Origin: Geosiphon pyriformis uo1
Lineage: Eukaryota; Fungi; Glomeromycota
NCBI GenBank assembly: GCA_016748015.1
Contig: JAAOMT010000289.1
Span: forward strand, 62,001 to 126,000
Direction of reading: 5' to 3'
Length of the DNA stretch: 64,000 bases
The position numbers were made by a program, and so were the translations under genes. Under the pieces are notes generated by a model, which did not search any database, was not told the origin of the DNA, and worked only from the letters and a program-made list of their open reading frames with translations. Positions 11,220 to 23,280 of this stretch are shown here, one piece after another (position 1 is the stretch's first letter; every line of letters begins with the position of its first letter).

Positions 11220-12682
11220 AGTGTTCTGTCAATAGCCATAATTAAAAGCTATTGTGCCAGCAAGTTAAATAGTAGATAATAACATGGATTTGAAGAATTG
11301 AAGAGATATTTTATTAATATAATTTCATTTTGGTTGATAGCAACTATTTTTGAAAGGAGAAGTATTTAATAATTATGGCCTGTAAGTTTAATTAACTTCT
11401 GAAAGTCTAATTTTTTCCCTGGATGTTTTTTTAACTTCTACAGCTACTCGTTTTTATACATTTTTTTTGTTTTACAGAATTGTTTTTGATTGCTTCACTA
11501 TTGCTAGCTATTGTTTTGTTATTGCTAGCTATTGCTCATTATTGCTAGCTATTGCTCATTATTGCTAGCTATTGCTTGTTATTGCTAGCTATTGCTTGTT
11601 ATTGCTAGCTATTGCTTATTATTGCTAGCTATTGCTTGTTATTGCTAGCTATTGCTTGCATTTGTCCTATGTTACTTTGAGTTGTAATACATTTTTCTTG
11701 TCACATTTCTTTGTCACGTTTTCCCATGACTTTTTTTGGTTTTTTTTCTACTCGGATAACAATGTATCAAAAGTTTTTTGCTGGTTTTCTGTCCATTCAT
11801 ATTTGGTGTTCTTTGTTTAGAGCTGGTGTAATGGCTGAGCCAGTTTGGAAAAGTCTTTGATGAAATGGCAGTAGTAACTCACAAATCCCAAGAATGCTCA
11901 TAGTTTGGTTAAGTTGGTAGGTACTGGAAAGTTTTTAACTATCTCAATTTTGTCTGAATCTGTCTTGATTCTGTCTTTGCTTACAATATATTCCAAAAAT
12001 TTTAATTCTGTCTTGCCAAAAAAGCATTTGGTGGTATTTAACTTTAATTTGGCTCTTTTTAGTCTTTCAAATACTTGTTGAAGATAGTGTAAATGATTAT
12101 TAAATGTCTTGAAGAACACATTGATATTATTTAAGTAAACAACTACTAATTTCTACAGTAGTCTAGTATAGACAATTTTCATGTGTTGTTAAAATATGGC
12201 TGGAGTATTTATTAAGCCAAAAGGCATAACTTTAAATACAAAATTTTTTTCTCTGGTTGTAAAAGCCATTTTTTCCTTATCTTTTGGTTTTATGGCTACT
12301 TGCCAGTAACCACTTTAGTAAATATGAATTATTTGTAAAGTAATTAGTAAATGGAGAGGAAAAAAAATTCCAAACTAATAAGTCTTTCGTAATTATTCTT
12401 TTTCTGATTCTAATACTCTTACTATATATATATAATTTAGGTTCTATAAGATTGCTTACATTCCTGAGCAATGTGCTATTATTTCTTGAGCAATATAAGC
12501 ATTGCTAAGCAATGTGCCCTAATTTTTTAACATTGCTCCATATTGCTGAGCAATATGCCAGAATTTCTAATATTGCTCCATATTGTTAAACAATATGCTT
12601 ATGTGCTAACTACTACTTTCCTATTAGTCTATCTGTTTTTCTACTATTTTTCTTTATATATTTTCTTTATGAGTAACAGCAT

Positions 12683-14773
12683 ACAGTTTAGTTTTGTTTC
12701 TTTGAATGTGTGTCATAAGTGAGATATAATAATTAGAAAAGATCTTAGAGCCAAGGCTGGTTTACTATGTGATTTTTCCAAGAAGGTTTTATACTATTTA
12801 TTTCTATATGGTTTGAAACTTTTTGAGCAAGTGCAGTCTAAAGGAAAACTGGCTTTACTAATTTTATTCTCCAATGGCCATGATATTTTTGGACATTTAT
12901 TTGATCATATAATTTTGAATTTGCAAGTTCTGAGATGGTTCCCTCTAAATTCTTTACAATTTTTTGTCAGGTTGCATATTAGTCTTGTGAACAATTTCTT
13001 GGCTGAGGTGGTAAAAATTTTGATGAATAATAAATTGTCTTTGGTGAACAATCTGTCTAATGCTTTTTGTAGGCCTGGCAATTTTCTGATGTTTGTTATC
13101 TTGGGTCAGTCCTTGTATTATAAATCTGTTTTATTATTGAAATGGTTTAGCATCACATTTGGTAACAGGCTTATAGACAAAAAAGGGAATATGGTAGATT
13201 GAAAAATGTTTTAGCATTGGAAATAGTTGGATCCAAAGAGCTCTGTGCCTCACTGGTTCATGTTGGTGTCTAAGTTTATGCACAATTCTGTTTCATTGGA
13301 GATTGGAACTGCTGCTGTTCTTGCTTAATGTTTTGAATTCTGGGAAGTTCTCTAATGTTTATAATAGTTTACTGGAGATATGGTTTGATTATATTAAGAT
13401 CTATACAGATAGGTCCTTAAAAAGTGCTGGCTCCAAAGAAGTGGCAGATGGAGCAGCTGCTTACTTTCCAGCTGTGGATACAGATATTGGGATTAGGGTA
13501 GCTGGACTTATGTCTTCTACTTTGACTGAATTGCAGATTGTTGCTTTGGCTTTGGAATGCATTCTGTTTTCATGCTTTGTAGTTTTGTACTTGGATAGTC
13601 AATCTGTGATCAATGCCTATATATTTGAGGCTTTTTTTACTGTGTCCAATTTTTGCAACCAATGTTAGATTGAAAGATTGCAGATAGTTAATCTTCTTAG
13701 GAATAAAGACATTTCTATTAAGTGAATAAAGATTAAGAAACATTCTGATATACCTGGCAATGTTAAAACTAATGTATTGGTTAGTAAAGCCATGTTTTTA
13801 CTTTTCTTTCTGCTGGTTAGGATTCAAAAGAGGTATTTGGTTGCTGAGAAAACTGTTATGTTTGGCAATGCTCGTTACTTTGTTCATGATCTATACCAAT
13901 CAATTTGCTATGTCTATTGGGAAGCTGGTCTTGGTTTTGATATAATTTCTGGTATTTTGGTTAATAAAATTGAGTAGAAAACTACCACAGAGATTTGACA
14001 CCCTAATTTACACATGTTTTCTGAGTTTAGTAGCAGAAAGTTGGCCAAAAAAAAATTGTATAACAGGAGTTATTCTGGAGTGTTGTGCTTGTTATGTGAT
14101 GAAATAGAATTATTTAACCATGTTTTTATTTGTTCTGGTAACTCTGGTTTTCGTGAAAACATTCTGGTTAAAGCTATTAGTAAATAGATATTGTTATTTG
14201 GTATTTCATGCTTGTTTGCTTCTGCTATTTTGCAGTCACTTTCTATGTGTTTTTCAAATGTGAGTTTGTATACAGCTATTTACAAGGACTTTGTGTTAAG
14301 AAATTGGTATGCTAAGACTGTTTTGGTTTTAAGAAGAAGAGAAAAGCTGCTCTTGCTCTTGTGGAGTTCAGTAGATTTGTGATAGAGTTGTACTATGTCA
14401 AAATATGAGCTGTCAGAACCAAACATAGAATGGATATAAAAAAGGCTGGCTTAGTTGGAGATAATGATATGGTTTCAGGTTTGTCTTATTGTTTAGTTTC
14501 TATGTTGTTGGTTGGAGTTGTCTGTATGCTTGGAATTATGAAATCTTTTGCTATTAAATTTAGTAGGTACAAATTGTGTTATTTTTTCTCTGGTTTAAGT
14601 GGTGATACATTTGTTAACATAGACATATAGTGTTGTCTTGTCTGATCTGAGTGGCTGGTCATATGTAATAAGTGCATAGGTTGTATTTAGTTAGTTTCTC
14701 TTAATTTGGTCCTATGTACTAGATAGTAATTGGGCTTTACTTGTTAAACTTGTAATAAAAAAATAAAAAAAAT
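12683..14773 (+). mobile_element. Non-LTR retrotransposon (LINE), 3' half: post-RT region, RNase H, CCHC finger, 3' UTR, A-rich tail; decayed
   Basis: RNase H motifs IYTDRSL, SSTLTELQ, LYLDSQS and KIKKHSDIPGN; CLLCDEIELFNHVFIC at ~14085-14135; A-rich tail 14753-14773. Confidence 0.88.
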
Positions 14774-15677
14774 ACAAATGTAATTTGTTTTTAAAAATAT
14801 GTATAATAAATAAAATTATATAAAACTGTTTTATTTAAAAATTTTTAAGTGTTATTTTTTAAAATTGTTTAAGAAAATACAAATTAAAAGCAAAATTACA
14901 ACAGTTTTAAAGTTTTTAAATATTAATCATATGTTTGCAATTTGCTAAGAAATATTTAAAATATCAATTGTAAAGAAAATACTTTAAAATCAGAAATTAA
15001 GTAGTATGTTTATATTATTAACAATATTTTTAATCTTATTCTTCTGGTCAAACAACTTGACATGTTAATTCAAAAATTAACTTTTTGTCTATTCTTTCAA
15101 TTATTTTTCTTTGAAAGTCCAAAACTTGACCACTCTGTAATACAAAGTAAGCATTATAACTTTTTTAACGACTTAAAAAAATGATTCTTAATAGATTTAC
15201 CATCATTGAAGCAAATAATGTGTTACATGTTTTTCTTTTTAGACCAAGACTTTAAATATGTTTAACAGATCTTTGAAACACAAAAATGTGTTAATAACAT
15301 ATCGTGTTGACATTTTTTATAATAGAAATCCTTGGAAAGAAATAGTGCTGATTTGCAGTGTTTTTAACAACGGTTGGTTGCCCATATATTATACCCAAAT
15401 CTTGCGGTGGTATACCCAAAATAAAAAAAATTCAATTCTTTAGAACAGCAAGGTAAAACGATACGATACGATAGAATATGGAAAAACAAGATTTTTTTAT
15501 GAGTTGACTTTTTTTGGCAGCTTGCTATTCCCATTATTGAGAAATTGAACTGTTGTCGGACAAAAAAAAACTACAATCTACAAACTTAAATAGATAATGT
15601 AATTTTAAGAATTCCAAAAGCCTTCCTAAAACCTTTACGCGTCTTTCCAAGTTTAAACTTTTTTTTAAACTCGGACT

Positions 15678-16492
15678 CTAGGTTCGAGTAAATTCTAGAA
15701 TTAAATGAACTTCACCATGGCTGCTTAACCCGAAAAGAGCAGGTAATTTGAACCAACGATCTACACGTCCTTTCTCAAACACTTCTTCTAGGTCAACTTT
15801 GGCGGAGCCAATCTATGATCAAAAATTCCAAAGCAAAAGTTAAAATTTTAAACTGTCATATAAATTTTCAATTTTCATAAGTGAAACAAAATTTCCAACA
15901 TACTGTATCATCAGGTGTCGCAACATCTTCATCGAGAACTCTGATATGAAGTGTTCTTTTGCGTTGATTATGAATATTGCTATAATTTCCAAAGGGGCCA
16001 AAAATTTTTATGAATAAATCAGACAAGAAACTTAAACATGTGAAATTCGCAGGAATTACTTACAATTTTAGATTCTCATTCCAAACGGGATTGAGCGAAT
16101 TATCTATGGTCTTGGTTCGATTTTTGTATTTCTCGTCGATCCAAAGTTCTACATATGGGTCACTTTTGCCTAGGTTCAAGAAAAAAGATATGGTGCATAA
16201 ATCAAACTTTTGTTTTTTTTTTAAATTGTGTAAGATGAAGTGAATTACTTACTTAGGACATCTTTGTTTGATAAACTTCTTGCTTCAACTATAAATTGGA
16301 AAAGGAAAAGGAAAAGGAAAAGGAAAAGGAAAAGGAAAAAGGAAATCAAATATTATAGTTATCAGAAATCGAATTAAATTAGTCGAGATTATGATAATAA
16401 TTTAAAATGATTAATTACTTACCAACATTAACACTCAATTCTCCACCACTACCTTTTGATCCTCCTAAAAGAGTTGATACTTTGGAAAACAT
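15678..16492 (-). CDS. Small single-C2-domain protein (~140 aa, 5 exons), probably Ca2+/phospholipid binding
   Basis: GT-AG spliced translation MFSKV...VNVVEARSLSNKDVLSKSDPYVEL...NSLNPVWNE...VLDEDVATPDDTIGSAKVDL...HGEVHLILEFTRT*. Confidence 0.9.
16298..16345. repeat. (GGAAAA)n microsatellite forming the polypyrimidine tract of C2 gene intron 1
   Basis: About 7 tandem copies next to the AG acceptor at 16289-16290. Confidence 0.9.
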
Positions 16493-17528
16493 TGTTCAAA
16501 AAATCTAATTATTGTTTGTCAAGTATTAATTTATTGTGTGTCAAGTATTGATTATATGTCAAAGTAGTAATTGTGCGTATATATATATATATGCGAAATG
16601 AATTTATTTTGCATTTTGCGAATATATGGCCATATATATCATAAATTTTTAAGTTCACCAAATGATATATTACAAGAAACATCATGTTAACGTCAAAATT
16701 ACACATATTACATTATCAAAATATGTCATCAAAGATCCGAATTATATTTTAGTCCTATTAGAAATTTGATCTTTTCCCAAAGAATCTAATGACGTTTTTT
16801 TAGCTTCAGAGTTTGAATGAGAATGCTATATATTTACTTTTGGTTATAAAAATGAAATGTGAAATTTATAAAATGATAAATATTTTTCAATTTAGCAGGA
16901 AAATATTAAATATAAATAATGATTTTAATAATTAACTGTATTCAAAAATTATAAAAATTTATTATACAATATATTATATATTAATGTTAATATCAAATAT
17001 CAAATATCAATATCAATATCAATATCAATATTAATATCAATATCGATTTCGATATTGATTTTCCAAGAAAATTATTAAATGAATAAAATGTTATATTACA
17101 TTAAATAAAAAAATTAATTTTTTTTAAAAAAAACTATAATTAAATATATTTAGTTCATTTTATTTATAAGATAAAATTATTGAATAAAAATCTAAAATAT
17201 TTTTGAATTTATTTTAAAATTTTGTGTACCCAACATTTTATCAATTATTTTATAATATAATACAGTACAGAACATTAAAGTATATCAAATATATATTTTG
17301 TTAATTACAACAACAAAAAATGTTTTTTTTTTGAATTTTTAAATGTAATTATATATAATTAATAATTTTTATTAAATACTATTATGATTAATTAATTAAT
17401 ATTAACACTTTTTTTTAATTAGCTTTAAATGTATAAATTTATTAATTATAAATTAATTTTTTATTGTTTATATAAAATATTATATTATTTAAAAATGAAA
17501 ATTAAATATAATGCATTTAAATATTTAG

Positions 17529-17533
<5 letters not shown>

Positions 17534-17560
<27 letters not shown>

Positions 17561-17585
17561 TATTATTATTATTATTATTATTATT
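17534..17585. repeat. (AAT)n/(ATT)n perfect palindrome, 52 bp
   Basis: 26-bp arms centred at 17559/17560. Confidence 0.9.
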
Positions 17586-17711
17586 TATTGTATAATTACA
17601 ATTTAAAAATATAGTTGCAAACTAGTATAATATTAAAAGTAATTACTAATTTAATGAAATCATTTGGAAATTAAAGAGCATCCATTTTTGGGTAAAATCA
17701 AACCCACAAGT

Positions 17712-18299
17712 TTAATGATGCTTTTCCATAATATTTTTTTCAATAGCGTCCAAGATAGTATTCACAGCCTTTTCAATATTCTGATCAATTGGAAAATCAT
17801 CATCGTTTTCAAGTACCACCAAATCATCAAGAACAATGCCACGTTCCCGACGGCCAGAATATAAATGATCGTGAAATTTGAGATAATTTGGCCATACGAT
17901 ATTATCAAAATAGTTTGGTGGATCGACCCAATAGCCTGGTACTCATCATCACCAAACAAACAAACAAACAAACAAACAGACAGACAAATAAACAAATAAA
18001 CAAAAAAAATTATATGAGTATAAGGAAATATAAGAATATTGGAATTCTTAAAAAAAGTTTATTATCCATTTACCTTCTAGAGTGACATAACCCTCACGAA
18101 TCTCCCTACGTCGTTTCAAAGTATCATAATTTGTTTGAACCAAAAATTTTATATCTAGCTCCTTCATAATTTGTTCATCCCAATATAACAAAAATCCATC
18201 AACAATCACAAAGACCCACTCGTCATTCATGTCATTTACAAAATTTTTGGTCGATTGATTACGCGAAACGAATTCATCATCATCATTATCATCATCATT

Positions 18300-18351
<52 letters not shown>

Positions 18352-19007
18352 GTCCCATTATTAACAACCTCCACATGACTTTGTTTCGATAAACCTTCGG
18401 AAATTCGTTTTTCTAATTCATGAAGAATAGGGCGATGTAATGCCACAGGTTTAAAGATATTCTGATCTTCTTTTGGGAAAAATATATCGGGTATTGATCC
18501 GGTCTGATGAATAATACGTAAAGTTTTAGTAAACTGGGGAAAATCTATAGCGTCTGGGCAATCCCAGTTTGCTAGTTTTGTTGTGGGATCAATTGGAATT
18601 TCCATTTCTGGCTAGATGTAAATATAAAATGAAGGGAAGAAATATGTTTTAATGTAAAAAGTATAAAAATATATTTAAAAATTAAAAACAATTAATATTA
18701 TTACCTTAAAGAAATCATCTTGAAATAATATTGAACAATTTGGTAATATTTTCTTCAAAAATCTCGCTATTGTCTAGCAAAGAGAAATTATTGTGGACAT
18801 GTTAAACCTGGCCACATATTTTTAATCTTTATTTTAGTATAATACTAACCGTCTTTCCAGAACAAGAAGCTCCACTGCCAAGTGAATCTTTAATATTAGT
18901 TATACTAGGTGTATATATATCTTTAACTTACAATAAAGCCAAAGAGGAAAAATTAGTATTATTAAAAATTACCTAATTCCTATAGTGATAATTTTCTTTT
19001 TCGGCAT
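17712..19007 (-). CDS. NRK1: Nicotinamide riboside kinase (5 exons) with a poly-Asp insertion
   Basis: P-loop IGISGASCSGKTT; QDDFFK; NWDCPDAIDF; IVDGFLLY; RREIREGYVTLEGYWVDPPNYFDNIVWPNY. Confidence 0.9.
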
Positions 19008-19961
19008 CTTTTCGAGTGTATGTACCGATCTATATTGCTACAGTTGTGTTGATTTTTATACAGTTGATTACGCCATTAGTATTAATCACACAGAATCTTT
19101 CATTTGATGTCAACAGTGGGTTAATCATCGTAGGTCATGAAGTCAAAGACGAAAGATTATCAATAATAATCAATCTTTATCATTACGGATTCCAAAATAG
19201 GGTGGTGCTTATTTCCGGAAGAATATAGTAAATGTCACTAAAAGTTTTTAGGGTCAAAATTGCGAAATTAGTTCTTTATATAAAGTATTTTTTTTATTAA
19301 TTTTAATTAAACTTATAAAAATAATTTTATTTTGTCAAATTTTTAAATATTTCTAATCATATTAAATTAAATTATAAAATTATAAAAAAATATTAGTTAC
19401 AAAAATTATTTACATTAGGTATAAAATTAAAAATTCATATTTTAATAATCGCATTCGCTAAAGGAAATGAAATTTCATTCACTTAAATTATAAAGCTAAT
19501 AAAAACTACCCAAATTCTTTCAGAATATAAAAACGAGAAACTAAATTTGGATACTCAAAAAAAATCCCAAAGAATTTTACGGAATCTTTAGAACAACCAT
19601 TACAGTTTCATCACCACCTAGAAAGAAAATATAAGAAAAGGAAATTCTTCCAATAGATTCCTTGCAAGCAAGTGGAAAAAAGCCATTAGAGAAAAAAACA
19701 AGTCCTGATTGAATTTATACTCTTAGATTGATTACTCCCGATTAATCTCTATGGAGGATGTTTGACAGTTAAAAAATGATAGAAATAAAATGCCCCCAAG
19801 ATTTTAAAATCTTTAAATTTCCAGACATCGCGTTTAACAATTTGATTCCTGCGATTTCCCAACTATCAAATGATTTAGAAATTTTCCACGATTTCAGATA
19901 TAATTTCTTGAAGACCTTTCCCCTTGATTGATAAAAGGTCGATTTAACCATATCCAAAGTC

Positions 19962-22484
19962 ATGGAACCTCTTAACCCAAATATTCCTGCTACCAACAAC
20001 CAAATTCCTGTTCCCCCAAGCTCAGCGCCTCCAAGTTTATCTTACTTTTGTGTATACAATCCTTCTTTTGGGCCTACCGAAGAAACTCAAAAAGACCAAC
20101 TACTTTATTATGTCGCAAATAAAAAAACTGTACCAATGGACGTGAAAATGCGACAAATAGGTTTAGCCCAAGGCTTGGTGAACTTCACTAGGTTTGTTGG
20201 TTAAAAGAAGACAAGACAGACAAGTAAGATGGTCCATTTGGGATTCTTTGACTAGGAAGCATTAATTAACTTTTCTTACTCAAACCCTTGTTTCTATACT
20301 CGTTCTTGGTTGGTCTTAGAGTTTTTTCTCCGGAAAAGCCTTGTGAAAATGTGCATACACAGAAAAACAGATTAGCCTTTTATGAACCTGAGCCCGATTA
20401 TTGGATACATGTGGTAAGGTTTCCTTGAAATTTCCACTTTTTAGAAAAGTAATTATCATATCACTAATAAAAGAGCTTTAAAATTCTCCAGTCCATCGAA
20501 TTGGGATATGCTAAAAAAACTATCAAAGACAAAGACGGAAAACAAAAATCAGTGATTGAATTCTTGGATACAAATTTACATGAAGCGAGCGTGCGGCGAA
20601 TGTTGAAAAAGGGATATGAGATGTATAGGGTATGAAATTTCAAATCTGGAACATTCATAAATTTTCAAGCTTTGAGATATAAATTCATGAAAATCTAATT
20701 TATTTAGCTATTCAATGGCCCTTTTGATTTGACTGTTCGAACCTCGGGTGTAAAAACTTTAAAAAACAAACTAGAAGAGTTTTTTGGAAATTGGGTGTTT
20801 GAGTGGAACTTTGAAAAAGCCGAATTAACCAAAACTATTGACGGTAATCTTTTGATCATTTTTTATATCCTGATCTATTTTATATTTTTATTATCTTAAT
20901 AAAAGCCTTTCTTCATCTGTTTATTAGGTGTCATTTATTTGCCATTGTCAAACGCCGGAGAATCTGCGGTGGTTTCCTTTGTGACAAAAGTTCAGGCTGA
21001 CTATAGTTTTATTTCACAAACCTTTGTCTTATGGCAAGATAAACTATTATATGGGGGAGACGGAAACATAACAGATGCCGATATAAGAGAGATATGGCGA
21101 CATTTAGTGTCTTTATCTGAAGTAAGAGAAAATAAAAATAAAGAGGAGGCAGCAGAAAAACTTCAAAAAAACAAGGAATCTGATAAGGTTCGTCTCACTT
21201 TATATTTGCAAATATTCCTAAGCTTTTCCTTATTTTGATAATAAAATTGATTTTTTAAATCTCCAGTATTTATTGCCTTCTCTGAAAGGTTTCTCACGGG
21301 CAGTTACCGGGACCAATTTTCTTTCATATTTTTCCAATACCTCATCAACGAGCCTTGATGCTCCCGTGGATACCTTGAAAGGCTCCGAAAATTCTACTTC
21401 CCCCATCTCGCCTCTTCCCGTAGCATCGATTCCCTCAAATTTTCTAACAGGGCCTACAAAGAATTTGGATGGGTGTGATAAGAAGATAACCCCATTGATT
21501 ATTTACTTAAAAAAACCGAGCAATCCAAATTCTACCATTTTCAATAAGCAAAACGGACATGAGATTGACGAGGATGAAGAGGATGAGGAAGTAGAGGAGT
21601 ATTATCTTGTTGTTTATAAGGTAAATCCAAGAAACCAATTTTTTAATTGGGGGAAATTGTTTCCGATATTTGTGCTTGAAGAGTTTGATGATTTTCATAT
21701 TACCCATATATAGGAAAACTTTATAACTCTGGCCTTCCTTATATTGGTCAATTCACCCGAGTCGAGTTCCTGCATTACTGATATTGTATTTTATCGCTCT
21801 TTGCAAGAATATTTGTCATCACGAATAGATCAAGTTACAAATTTGGTAAACGAAGATAATGAACGAATGAAAAAAATTGGGTATGTTTGGAAATCTGGCT
21901 TTATTATTCGCCGCCTTATATTGAAGTATAGAACATTGTTACCTAGGAAACCTGATGCTCATAAAGAATATCGCTACCTCTTCTACAATAAGTTGACAAT
22001 GGCCATTAAGTCCTCTATCAATTCTACATCAACCAACTCTTTTTCATGGCCGTCAACACCTCCCAGAGTTTTAACAATATCAAATGAGATGGCCAATGTC
22101 CTATGTGAAGTATACGAAGATTTTGAAAGGTATGTGTTACTCATGTAGTCGTTTTTAAATCACGGTCTTTTCAATGATCTAGGCATGTGAAATATTGCAT
22201 TGCCCTTCTTTAGATGTCCACAACTCACGGAAATATACACGAAAGCATCTTCCAACTTTTGGGTTATTGGTAAAAGATTTGAAGAACGATATTTATATGT
22301 GATTGTGTCCAAAAAAGAGGCTACTCTACTGGAAGTTGAAGGTTAGTAGTCTTTTTAACCATTATACTAAACTCGATCTTCACTTTAACTCTGCTTTAAT
22401 TCACCGCGTCTTATTTGGGCTTACACCACAGAGGATGTAAGGCGACTGACTGCGCTGTACTTCTCCGGGTTGTTTATGGAGTAA
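19962..22484 (+). CDS. CCZ1: Vacuolar fusion protein Ccz1 (Mon1-Ccz1 Rab7/Ypt7 GEF subunit), multi-exon
   Basis: Longin N-terminus FCVYNPSFGPTEETQKDQLLYY...RQIGLAQGLVNFTR; YRYLFYNKL; C-terminal WVIGKRFEERYLYVIVSKKEATLLEVEEDV; GT-AG introns. Confidence 0.9.
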
Positions 22485-23280
22485 GATAAGTTCTCTCTAA
22501 ATGACAATTAGCGATCTAGACCGTCAAGAATTGAAAATTTCCATGGTTTAGTTACTGGAACAATGAGGCTGGACTTTGAAGATATTCATTTAATTCATAA
22601 CAGGCAGACTAAATATCTTCCAGAGCCTCCGATTTTAGCAATTAACAATCAGCCCTGATAAAATTTACACAATTCAAGCAATTTCCTTTGGGATAATTGT
22701 TTTGCAATATTGTGGTTGATCCCTAATAATTTCACCGATTAAACTTAATGGGATAGTCTGATAGCGCAATTTGTAAACCCGATATAAATGATCAGACACG
22801 TTAACGTGGTACTATTAGATTCTTGCAAAATAGATTTTTAAAACATGTTTTACTTAAAAAAGGAAATTATCATTTGTCAAAATTTTAATATTTTTACTCG
22901 AACGCAATTTTTATTTATTAGAAATTGGTTGTGAACAAATGAAATGTGTATTCCTCAATAAAACTTCATATCAACCATACCATATAAGGGTTCACGAAGT
23001 TAAGCATTTGTTTGCTTAATCAAAATTTCTCTAAGCAGTAAGAATTTGTGGAATAATTCCTCTTAAAGTCATATGATCGCCCATGAATTAATAAAAAGAT
23101 GTCAGGGAAATTAAACGCGTCAGAGTAAAAGCTTAATTATCCCTCGCATCTTGTTCTTTCTACCCTTCTGGTGTAGGATTCTATGATTTCTGATCCGAGA
23201 TCTAGATGGTACAAATTCACTGCGAACGCGCCCTTCCCATTTACAATTAAAGAATGATCTATATCATTTATTTCTATGAC

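Larger units (their letters stand above)
8408..11761 (-). mobile_element. Non-autonomous LTR element N (two LTRs, PBS, PPT, ~1.25 kb internal region), TSD ATGT
   Basis: LTRs 8408-9534 and 10786-11761; PBS 10767-10783; PPT 9535-9550; ATGT at 8404-8407 and 11762-11765. Confidence 0.92.
7976..12316 (-). pseudogene. RT (C-terminal part) and RNase H of C, split by element N
   Basis: WTENQQKTFDT/LKRKLIQALVLIYSD reads through once 8408-11761 and one TSD copy are removed; SGYWQ at ~12300. Confidence 0.88.
5358..12678 (-). mobile_element. Gypsy element C: internally deleted, its 3' LTR interrupted by A0, its RT/RNase H interrupted by N, itself inserted in a LINE
   Basis: Homologous LTR segments at 5510-5859 and 12311-12678; PPT 5860-5875; integrase ORF 7379-7654; RT ORF 11898-12119. 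Confidence 0.88.

Noticed and set aside
22485-23280. CpG-containing spacer between CCZ1 and IPA1 as a possible ncRNA
   Set aside because: No recognisable structure or motifs; consistent with convergent 3' UTRs.
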